Source of the DNA: Macrostomum lignano
Taxonomy: Eukaryota
DNA length: 64,000 nucleotides
Direction of reading: 5' to 3'
NCBI GenBank assembly: GCA_002269645.1
Contig: NIVC01000218.1
Span: 444,911-508,910 of the forward strand
The notes beneath the pieces are model-generated. The model was not told where the DNA came from. It ran no database searches and worked only from the letters and a program-made list of their open reading frames with translations. This document shows positions 35,169 to 45,100 of this stretch, piece by piece (the stretch's first letter is position 1; each line of letters starts with the position of its first letter). The position numbers and the translations under genes were made by a program.

Positions 35169-35565
35169 CTGATTGATTGATTGCCTGATTGATTGACTAA
35201 CTAATTCCGAACGATACCCGCAGCTCGGTCCCGCCGTGGTGTACCTGGAGTTCGACAGCCTATTCGGCAAAGGCGTATTCCTGCACTGCGTGACCCCGGT
35301 GGAGCCGCTGCTGCTCCGAGTCCACCACAGCATCTACATGCAACGCTGGGTGCCCAACATCGTGGCCACAGTCTACCTGAATGGCGAGGCTTTCCAATTC
35401 GAGCGCGACATCATGATCTGGAACAACAAAGAGTTCAAGGACAAGCCGGTGCTGGCCAAGTCCACCGAGGACTCGCTGATGGTGCAGCACAGGCGCTGGT
35501 ACTCGCAGTTCTATTCGGAGAGTTCTCCGACTATTGAATCGCTGCGCGACTCGAAGGACTGGTAG
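22550..35565 (+). CDS. nvd: Rieske-domain cholesterol 7-desaturase (Neverland/DAF-36 family), 5 exons, 431 aa
   Basis: Exons 22550-22877, 25130-25327, 32233-32411, 33837-34085, 35224-35565; all GT-AG and phase-compatible (1296 nt). N-terminal TM segment; PPVYPNGWY; Rieske CPHFGANM...CPFHGW; [12 protein letters not shown] iron-binding motif; [11 protein letters not shown]; RRWYSQFYS. Confidence 0.95.
23122..23600. repeat. 28-29 bp intronic minisatellite (GGCCCAGCAACTGAGGATCTGGGAGGCT)n
   Basis: About 17 copies in nvd intron 1. Confidence 0.93.
24515..25110. repeat. ~29-bp minisatellite (CTATAACAGTCTGGGGGTAGGGTGGCTGC)n with a duplicated ~90-bp unique block
   Basis: Array units plus the block TACGCTCG...CCCGATCCCC present at ~24568-24655 and ~25023-25110. 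Confidence 0.85.
25766..27310 (+). CDS. Divergent intronless alpha-tubulin (514 aa) nested in nvd intron 2
   Basis: [13 protein letters not shown] start, [60 protein letters not shown]; one uninterrupted ORF; candidate AATAAA at 27641. Confidence 0.96.
   Translation: MRECISVHIGQAGVQLGNACWELYCLEHGIRPDGTKLGAAPPVAAHSMYSCSSSCQQPQPQTCCSHDSCPNSEETFFAETQNGSRVPRAMFVDLEPTVIDEVRCGAYRRLFHPDQLVTGLEDAANNFARGRYTIGKELAPQVAETVGRLIERCDFPQGFLVFHSFGGGTGSGFGSLLMEHLANECGKLSRLLFSIYPAPRISTAVVEPYNATLCMRGMRDRSECNFIADNEALYDICRRGLDIERPNYTNLNRLLSQVLSAVTASLRFDGALNVDLAEFQTNLVPYPRIQYPMVNYAPILSPERANHEQLKVWDMTSACFDRSNQLVNCDLQSGRYMACCLLYRGDVAPCEVNMAIQRLRSSERRRVRFVDWCPTGFKVGINGQVPTVVPGGDLAKVPRALCALSNTTAICDAWDRLAYKFDFLYSKRAFVHWFVGEGMEEAEFAEAREFLSCLRRDYEEIDGTVTTPTAGGATVVDDSLSWSQQQPQEQKSQQQQQQSPEDQQHQANAELENS
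27807..28850. repeat. 18-bp G-rich minisatellite (AGTGAAGGGAGTAGGGGC)n
   Basis: About 58 near-perfect copies; explains the GSEGSR/LPLLPS ORFs. Confidence 0.97.
29680..30060. repeat. 20-bp minisatellite (GTGTCCTTATCTCAGATTGG)n
   Basis: About 19 copies. Confidence 0.93.
30690..31835. repeat. Polypyrimidine CT-rich low-complexity repeat (CTCTCCTATCTCCCC)n
   Basis: 1.1 kb almost free of G; the 446-aa ORF here is an artefact. Confidence 0.95.
32006..32170. repeat. 23-bp minisatellite (ATCTGCTGTCTCTCTCAGGTGGT)n
   Basis: About 7 copies ending ~60 bp before the nvd exon 3 acceptor. Confidence 0.9.
33122..33725. mobile_element. Foldback-type element made of inverted arrays of a 17-bp unit
   Basis: (AAACCCGAAATATCATA)n at 33122-33410, then its reverse complement (TATGATATTTCGGGTTT)n at 33413-33725; unique terminal motifs are also mirrored (CCCGAAAAATCAC...CCATCATAAA). 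Confidence 0.75.
34220..35200. repeat. (GATT)n microsatellite, ~1 kb
   Basis: Fills most of nvd intron 4 up to ~25 nt from the exon 5 acceptor. Confidence 0.97.
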
Positions 35566-36630
35566 CTTGGGTGCACGGGTATCTGTGACCATTGGTAGCT
35601 TGTGTGCGCGGGTATCTGTGACCATTGGTAGCTTGTGTGCGCGGGTATCTGTGACCATTGGTAGCTTGGGTGCACGGGTATCTGTGACCATTGGTAGCTT
35701 GTGTGCGCGGGTATCTGTGACCATTGGTAGCTTGTGTGCGCGGGTATCTGTGACCATTGTTAGCTTGGGTGCACGGGTATCTGTGACCATTGGTAGCTTG
35801 TGTGCGCGGGTATCTGTGACCATTGTTAGCTTGGGTGCACGGGTATCTGTGACCATTGGTAGCTTGAGTGCGCGGGTATCTGTGACCATTGGTAGCTTGG
35901 GTGCGCGGGTATCTGTGACCATTGTTAGCTTGGGTGCACGGGTATCTGTGACCATTGGTAGCTTGTGTGCGCGGGTATCTGTGACCATTGGTAGCTTGGG
36001 TGCGCGGGTATCTGTGACCATTGTTAGCTTGGGTGCGCGGGTATCTGTGACCATTGGTAGCTTGGGTGCGCGGGTATCTGTGACCATTGGTAGCTTGGGT
36101 GCACGGGTATCTGTGACCATTGGTAGCTTGGGTGCGCGGGTATCTGTGACCATTGTTAGCTTGGGTGCGCGGGTATCTGTGACCATTGGTAGCTTGGGTG
36201 CGCGGGTATCTGTGACCATTGGTAGCTTGGGTGCGCGGGTATCTGTGACCATTGGTAGCTTGAGTGCGCGGGTATCTGTGACCATTGGTAGCTTGAGTGC
36301 GCGGGTATCTGTGACCATTGTTAGCTTGGGTGCGCGGGTATCTGTGACCATTGGTAGCTTGGGTGCGCGGGTATCTGTGACCATTGGTAGCTTGGGTGCG
36401 CGGGTATCTGTGACCATTGGTAGCTTGAGTGCGCGGGTATCTGTGACCATTGGTAGCTTGAGTGCGCGGGTATCTGTGACCATTGTTAGCTTGGGTGCAC
36501 GGGTATCTGTGACCATTGGTAGCTTGAGTGCGCGGGTATCTGTGACCATTGGTAGCTTGGGTGCACGGGTATCTGTGACCATTGGTAGCTTGTGTGCGCG
36601 GGTATCTGTGACCATTGGTAGCTTGTGTGT
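35560..36630. repeat. 33-bp minisatellite (GGTAGCTTGGGTGCGCGGGTATCTGTGACCATT)n
   Basis: About 32 copies starting at the nvd stop codon; explains the 11-aa-periodic ORFs. Confidence 0.97.
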
Positions 36631-36864
36631 AGCCAGTCCCACTCCCCATTAAGCAAAGCTTCAGAGATTTTTATTCAAGAAAAACACAGGCATCTAAATA
36701 TCTTGTGTGTGTCAGATTTTGCTCACGGACGTTCATATAACTGTAACTTTTTGTGTAGTGGGTTCGAGTTTAAACTGTATTTGTATATTTATCAACGTTA
36801 TTCTACCATTATATGTTTTGAACATTGCTTTTTTGCATTAGGAGACTGTTAAAGTTTAAAAATA

Positions 36865-37350
36865 GTGACACACAGTGTCGTAGAGAGTGACTGACAGTGT
36901 CTTAGAGAGTGACTGGCAGTGTCTTAGAGAGTGACTGACAGTGTCTTAGAGTGACTGGCAGTGTCTTAGAGAGTGACTGGCAGTGTCTTAGAGAGTGACA
37001 GACAGTGTCTTAGAGAGTGACAGACAGTGTCTTAGAGAGTGACTGGCAGTGTCTTAGAGAGTGACTGGCAGTGTCTTAGAGAGTGACTGACAGTGTCTTA
37101 GAGTGACTGGCAGTGTCTTAGAGAGTGACTGGCAGTGTCTTAGAGAGTGACAGACAGTGACTTAGAGAGTGACAGACAGTGACTGAGAGAGTGACAGACA
37201 GTGTCTTAGAGAGTGATAGACAGTGACTTAGAGAGTGACAGACAGTGACTTAGAGAGTGACAGACAGTGTCTTAGAGAGTGACAGACAGTGACTTAGAGA
37301 GTGACAGACAGTGTCTTAGAGAGTGACAGACAGTGACTTAGAGAGTGACA
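36865..37350. repeat. 22-bp minisatellite (GTGTCTTAGAGAGTGACTGGCA)n
   Basis: About 22 copies. Confidence 0.93.
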
Positions 37351-37911
37351 CAAACACTGAAATCAACACGAAACAGCCTGAGTTGCCTTCAAAGTCCGTA
37401 AGCACAATAGACGCAGTGCATGATTTTGTAGGCAACCGTCACAATTGCTTTAATCCAAGTTCTAACAGAAAAAAATTGCGTAAAACAACTTTTAGCTTGC
37501 TTTACAGAAACGATTTTTCTGTTTTCAATATTTTCCATTTTTAATCTCGCCAATCTTTGTTATACTTAAAGTAGTTTCATATGCTTTTTAAGCTTCAGAG
37601 AACTAATAGCCAAGTAAGTGCTTGTGCTTAGGAAAAAAGCTGCCTAATAAAAAAAGGCCTTTGTGCTTTTTGCACTGCACTGTAGTTTTGTTATTTATTT
37701 TTTAAACACAACCAAATGCTCTTCTGCAGACTTGTGAATCTGTTTGTCTGGATCAGACTGAATAGCCACCTGCACACTAAAGCCAATACACTTGCAACCA
37801 GCTCTATCCAGTTTGCAATGCTCTTTTATATATTTGAATTACTTGCAAAGTATTTATTTTTTATCGTTTGGCCTCTGTTGTTTTCACTTGACTTTGACTC
37901 TTTAAAGTTCT

Positions 37912-38411
37912 ACCACTGGCTGCAGCTGATGGTCCGGCACTGGCTGCAGCTGATGGTCCGGCACTGGCTGCAGCTGATGGTCCGGCACTGGCTGCAGCTG
38001 ATGGTCCGGCACTGGCTGCAGCTGATGGTCCGGCACTGGCTGCAGCTGATGGTCCGGCACTGGCTGCAGCTGATGGTCCGGCACTGGCTGCAGCTGATGG
38101 TCCGGCACTGGCTGCAGCTGATGGTCCGGCACTGGCTGCAGCTGATGGTCCGGCACTGGCTGCAGCTGATGGTCCGGCACTGGCTGCAGCTGATGGTCCG
38201 GCACTGGCTGCAGCTGATGGTCCGGCACTGGCTGCAGCTGATGGTCCGGCACTGGCTGCAGCTGATGGTCCGGCACTGGCTGCAGCTGATGGTCCGGCAC
38301 TGGCTGCAGCTGATGGTCCGGCACTGGCTGCAGCTGATGGTCCGGCACTGGCTGCAGCTGATGGTCCGGCACTGGCTGCAGCTGATGGTCCGGCACTGGC
38401 TGCAGCTGATT
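37912..38411. repeat. Perfect 24-bp minisatellite (CACTGGCTGCAGCTGATGGTCCGG)n
   Basis: About 21 identical copies. Confidence 0.97.
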
Positions 38412-39133
38412 CATGCATTTTAAATACGCGCTTGTGCCAGTGCGCGCTTGTGTCACTGAGAGCAGTTAAAAAATGCGCGCTTATGTCATGCGCGCTTAAT
38501 CATGCATCCCCTACCAACTCTACCAACAAAGCTCTTAAAAACTCTTACCAACTAAAAGATTTTGACAAATCATGCGCGCTTACCTACTAACAGCAGCAAA
38601 ATAGTAGGCAAGTGCGCTTGATTTGTCAAAATCTTTAATGGCTGGAAGATTTTTAAAGACAAAACTACCTAATTCACGCCGAGCACTGGTCCAGAATACC
38701 CCGGCTTTTGCAAACCGAGGACCAAGGCCGAAGTCACGTGATTACTCTCGGGTTCAAAAATCCGAGACCGCCCCGCCATGATATGTAAAAATTAGCAGAA
38801 ACTAAACAATTGTATTTATTAAATAGACGAACTTCGTTCCAGAAAAATTATATTCGCCGACAAATTGACGCAGAAGTATGGTTTATTTTCTTTGGCGTTA
38901 CCTTCTTTTCCGGCGGTGTTTTTAAGCTATTTTAAGCTAAACGGGCTTGAGGGTAAAACTATATGAGTTGAGTGCAGAGTATACCGGAGTTGGTGGAAAA
39001 AATTAAAACCACGCAGGGCAAAGTCGGTTTGTTAAAATGAGCCGCAGTTTTTTTCGTTGGAAAAAACGTGCAAAAATCGATAAAAACATGTTTTTTGGTC
39101 CGCTTTCGCACCTTCGCTTGTTTTTCGCTTTGT

Positions 39134-42100
39134 TTAGCATTTGTGCCCAATGTGAGAAGCGACAACGTTGCTGCTTCTGCGGCAGATATGCGACTTTGCT
39201 TGCTGCTGCTGCTGTTGTTGTTGCTGGAGCTGGGCCTGCTGCTGTCTCAGCTGCTGCGGCTGCTGCTGCTGGCACATCCCGCCGAGCGATACAACAGCAG
39301 CTGTGGTCGGCTGGCAGTGATGGTACAGCTGCTGACTCTGTGCCATCGCCTGCTGCTGTTGCGGCTGCTGCTGAGTCGGTGGCGGAGGCGGCGGAGGCCG
39401 ATAACCCTGGCTCACTCCGGCACTGCAGCCGGGGCCTCCTCCAGCGCCAAGCATCCCCGTTGTTGACCAGCTGCAGTCGTCAACCGCGCCAGCTGTTGCA
39501 GCTCTGGCAGGCGTCATCGCGGCGATTCCGCCGGACCCACTGACGGCGCTGACTGGCGCGGCGCTGCTGCTGCTGACAGTCTGGCAGGCGGAGTGGCAGG
39601 ACATCACCCGTTCTGCTTCGGCCTCGCGACGTCTGGCCTCGTTTTTTAGGCGCTCCGTGTCGGCCCTGATGCGCTCGGCTTCAGACCGGAGCCGCTCCGT
39701 CTCGGCCAGCATCCAGGCCAGCCGGTCTTCGCTGTCGCGCACCCGCAGCATGGCGGCCTGCGGGATGGATGATGGTTGACGCGCGTGGTCTTTGAGATGC
39801 GCTGCTGAGCTGGTATTGACATATGAAGGGTGTGATTTGAAGACCAGAAAAAGCAAGATACAAAAGACATATGAATAGCCACCCAAAAGTACATAGAAGC
39901 ACTTTGTTTTGTTATTGATTAGATGAATTTTTCTGATTGTTTTTTGTATGTTTGTAATTATCTATTAGCTTATTTCATGGCTTAGTTGGTTGCTTGGTTG
40001 TCTAATTTCTTGGTTGCTTGGTTGCTTGGTTGCTTGGTTGCTTGGTTGCTTGGTTGCTTGGTTGCTTGGTTGCTGGGTGCTTGGTTTCTTGGTTGCTGGG
40101 TGCTTGGTTTCTTGGTTGCTTGGTTGCTTGGTTGCTTGGTTGCTTGGTTTCATGGTTGCTTTGTTGCTTGGTTGCTTGGCTGCTTGGTTGCTTAGTTGCT
40201 TGGTTGCTTGGTTGCTTGGTTGCTTGGTTGCTTGGTTGCTTGGTTGCTTGGTTGCTTGGTTGCTTGGTTGTTTAATTTCTTGGTTGCTTTGTTGCTTGTT
40301 TGTTTGGTTGCTTCGTATTCAGCCTTAAATAACAGCTAGACTTCACGGGCCTGTGACAACCTAAATTAATAAACTTAAAAAAGGACCTTATGCGGAACCG
40401 AGCATTGTCCAAACGGCAAAAAATAACGATTAATACGAGCGTTTGGGGTTACGGCCCAGCGGCTTCTCACCTTTAGTCCCCACTCGCCTTTCAGCGACTC
40501 ATGGAGTATTCATTAACCTCCGACACGTCCGAGGCTGCTGGAGCACCAACCGAGGTTGGCACCGCGGCCCAGCCGGACATTCGCAACACTGGAACCCCCG
40601 GTGCCTCTCAATCTGCCGGAGTGGCTGGACAAGACAGCGGACCTCAGATTTCGAAAAAGAAGGCCCGTAGCATTGCTCGCTACAAAGCCTTTCTCCAGCG
40701 CAAAGCGGAGGAACGGAGGAATGCGAAAGCCGCCCCTCCGGCCACCTCTGAGGAGGGTGCCGGTAACTCTGCGAAACCCGCGGAGGAGCCGACATCCGAC
40801 AAGGGGGTGGACCCCGCGCGCCGGTCTGATGCGTCAGCTGCCGCCGAAGCTCCTGGTGCGGCTGGCCCCTCCCGTGACCGGACCTCTGCCCGTGTGGAAG
40901 CTCCCAAGGCCGTGGAGGGATCCAAAGCGGGGGGCGCTGGCCAAACCACAAAGCCGAAGCGAACCTACGCGGCCATGGCCAAAAGGCAGCCGGCCCTGGT
41001 TATCCAAGGCCAGGAGACGCCTCTTACGGCCGAACAGCTCGACCTTATCTGGCGCAGGTTGGACTCCCACCTGGTCAAGATGGCCTTGAGCCGCACTACT
41101 ATTCGAGTCCAAAAGACGAAAGTCGAGGACCAAGCCCTCTATATCCAGCCCACCGACAGCCAGTCAGGACAGCAGCTCCTCGAGCTGCTGAAAACCTTCG
41201 ACTGGGGTACGGAGCTGGAGAACCTGTTCATCTACAGGGAGGACGAGCGACCCCGGACACACCGGCACCGTGCCTGGATCCCGGCTCGCAGCTGCATCAC
41301 CAAGGCCGACGAGCTGCGTCACCTGCTAGTGGCTTCCAACCCAGAGCTACCGGCCAACGGTGTCGTAGTTCACGAGACCATCTCCAAGCCGGGCGGAGAC
41401 GGTTTCACGGCTATTCATGGACTGTCGGATAGCTGGATGCTCCGCTACCCGGATATGTCCATCATCTCTGTCGGGCTGTTGCAGATTCAGCTCTTTAGCT
41501 TTGATTCTGACGCCACCCGCCCACCGCCCCCGGAGAAGCGTAAGCGGGCAGTCGGGGGCTCTGCCGGGCGGAAACGCCCAGGAAAAGAAGCTCCCGGTCG
41601 TCACGACCCCTCCGAGGACGTGGACCCTGTCAGAGGGAAAGCCGCGAAAGCTGCAGCAACAGGCGGACGTGGAAAGGGCCGGAAACCCGCCCGGAACACT
41701 ATCCGCTCTGGTCTGACTCAGCGCGCGAAGCAGCTGCTGGACACCGCCAAGGCCCCCAACCGCAGCCACCCCCAGCCCAGTGTTACCACTGCGGCCCCCC
41801 CGGAAAACCGGGCCGAGAGCGAGAATGCCGCCCAGGTAGCGACCTCGCCCTCGACCATGGAATCCATCCGGGAGGAGCCCATGGAGCTGGAACCTGGAGC
41901 TATCGGCGAGGCAGAAGAGGCAGCTCTCCTGCACAACTCGCCTTGAGCCGGCAGGAAGCTGCGCGGACCACTCGTGGAATTCCCGGAGTGGACATCCTGC
42001 AGCTTAACCTGCACCACTGCATCGCGGCCTCGACCAACCTGATGAGGGTGGCAAACTTTGCGAAACCGGGCATCATCCTACTCCAGGAGCCCTGGACAAA

Positions 42101-45100
42101 GAAAGGTAAGATTCCGAATATTCCTGCTGGTTTTGACTGTTTTCAAGACCCCCAAAACCCCAGAGCAGCCATTTTCGTATCTACCCACCTCAAAGCTTGG
42201 TACAGACCGGACCTCTCTGACAGAGACCTCTGTGTCATTCAGTCCAACCACATTATCACCAACCGCACGGCCATCATCGCCTCGATCTATATCCCTGGCG
42301 ATGGCCCCGCGGTTCCACCCAACCTCACCTCCCTCGTGGACTACTGCTCTAACCGTAGGTTCGAGCTGCTGGTGGCGGGCGACATCAACGCTCACCACAC
42401 CCACTGGGGCAGTAATACTTCCAATAGCAGAGGCGAGGAACTCCTTGCTTACATCTGCACCACCAACACTGTGTTTTGCAACATTGGTGGAACCCCCACC
42501 TTTGACAACGGGCGATGGACGGAGGCCCTCGACGTTACCCTCGTCTCCCATGGCTTGGCTCCTTTAGTCAAGGACTGGGAGGTGTGGGACGAAGAGGAGT
42601 CTCTGTCTGACCATCGCTTCGTTCGTTTTCGTTTGCAATCCTCTTGCCCCAAGCCTCACATTCTGTGGAAAAGGAACGTCCGGAACACTGATTGGACGGC
42701 TTTCACGGAAACCCTGAAATGCCAGACAGATCAGCTGACTACCGTCGCTCCAACCACCTGTCAGGAAGTGGATGACCTTGCAGACTTGCTCAGCAAGACC
42801 GTCCTGACAGCCCATGAGGCTTCCTGTCCTCTTAAAGCCTACAAAGGCAAAAAATCCGCCCCCTGGTGGCACCCGGCGCTCGGATCCCTCCGGCGCAAGG
42901 CAAAGTGCCTCCAACGGAAAGCTCGCAAGAGCAAGGACCCAGCTGACCTGGCCGCCTATCAAGAAGCGATCCGCGACTTTAAGCGTGAAACCAGGAAAGC
43001 CAAGTCCGACAAATGGCGCCAATACTGCGCGGAGTTAGAAGGCACCCGCCCTACTTCGCGCGTAGTTAAGGCTCTCACCCTCGACAAAATGTCAAAGCTC
43101 TCAGTCATTAAAAGACCGGACGGCCGGCTCGCTGAGAACCCTGGGGAATCGCTGGAAATTATGCTTACCAGCTCTTTCCCACGTGCCGCACCGCAGCTAG
43201 GCCCACCGGACCACTCTCCGGGCGGACAGATCCTGGCTTCGACCATCATTACTAGAGAGAGGACGGCTCGCGCCGCAAAATCCTTCTCTCCTTTCAAGTC
43301 CCCGGGTCCTGACAACATTTATCCTGCCTTCCTTCATGAGGCAGTTAAAAATGACAGGTTTCTCGGCCTCCTCTGCAACCTCTTCAAGGCCAGAATTACC
43401 CTCGGGTATGTGCCAAAAGCCTGGCAAGAGGCTACGGTAGTCTTCATACCCAAGCCAGGAAAGGGAGACTATCAGTCTGACGTCCTTCTTCCTCAAACTG
43501 ATGGAACGGCTAGTGCTCTGGCGCCTTCTCCTCGTTGAGCTGAGGTACTCCCCGCTCTCCCCTAATCAGCACGCCTTTCGTCCTGGACGTTCCATCGAAA
43601 GTGCGCTGCACGCCATTGTCGACAAGCTGGAGCGCGCCGTGCTTGGCAGTGGATACGCGCTGTCGCTTTTCCTCGACATTGATGGTGCTTTTAACAATGT
43701 GCTCTTTGAAGCCTTTAAGCGAGCCCTGGAATCCCGGGGCACGCACGAGCACCTCACCCGCTGGATCATGTACATGGTCTCCCATCGTACTGCCACCTCG
43801 CACCTCCTGGGACACTCACGCTCCGTGGAAGTCCAGAAAGGCGGACCGCAAGGTGGAGTCCTCAGCCCGATCCTCTGGAACTTAGTCATGGACGAGCTGC
43901 TTTGCAGCCCGCATCCGGACCCTGTTCAGAAGGTCGGCTATGCGGACGATGTTACCACCACTGTGGCTGGACCATCGCCCGCGGTCCTCAGGGACCTCCT
44001 TCAAGCCTTCATCCACCGTGCCGAGCGCTGGGCACATAGCTGCGGTCTCAGGTTCTCTGAGTCTAAAATCGTGGCTATCATGTTCACCAGCCGCCGAAAC
44101 TGGAGGATCGAACCGCTCTCCCTCTACGGCAAACCTGTTGCCATGGAGAAACAAACTAGATGTCTGGGCGTCACCCTCGACCACAGGTTGAGCTGGACCC
44201 CGCACGTCCAAACTAAAGCCCGCAAAGCTCTCGCGACTCTCGCGCAGATCCGCAGAGCTTTCGGTGCTACCTGGGGCCTCACCCCCGCCGCCTCTGGTGG
44301 ATTTACACTGCCATTGTTAGACCGGCCATCTCCTTCGCCGGCTTCATTTGGAACAGTGCCCTAGAGGTGAAAGGGGTTCTTGAGGTTTTAAATAGGGTGC
44401 AAGGCCGCGCTTGTCGAGCTATCATGAGCGCGGCTCCCTCAACGCCCTTCGCTGGCATGAACTCCTTCTTGGACATTCCCCCCTCGACCTCTTTGTTAGA
44501 GGGGAGGCTATGAAAACCACCCGTCGTCTGCTTGACGCGGGTGTCCAAATCCAGAAGCAGTTTGCCTTCAGAAAGCGGAACCTCCGGCCGCATGGCGACC
44601 TCAGCCTGCGAGACCTGGAAGCAGCGAGAGGCCTGCTGACCCTCTCGGACGGAATCCCGTCCACGCTCTGCCCCCCGCTCAAATTCAAACCAGCATTCCA
44701 CCACGCCATGAAGCGAGAGACAACTGGAAACCCCATGAAATCCACTGCTTCACTGACGGGTCCCAAATCAACTCCGCCTCTGGATACGGCTACTGCATCG
44801 TGTCTGGAGGGAGAACTGTGGCGACCTTCTCCCAACACACCGGCACCTGCTCCACCGTCTTCCAGAACGAAGTTCTCGCCATCAGCTCCTGCGCCATGGA
44901 GCTGTACAATCAGCGCGTTTGGGGGAAGGAAATTACCCTCCACTCGGACAGTCAAGCGGCGCTTCACGCCCTTGAGCGCACCACCACCTGCTCGCGTACA
45001 GTCCTCGACTGCATCGGGCAGCTCAACCGCTTAGGCGCCTCCAACAAGGTGTCCCTAAGGTGGATCCCCGGGCATTCGGGCCACCCCGGCAACGAGCTGG

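Noticed and set aside
39003-39543. Plus-strand and alternative-frame ORFs over peroxiredoxin exon 4 (also 12000-12362, 25791-27161, 51677-53036)
   Set aside because: Shadow ORFs of GC-rich real exons with no independent motifs.
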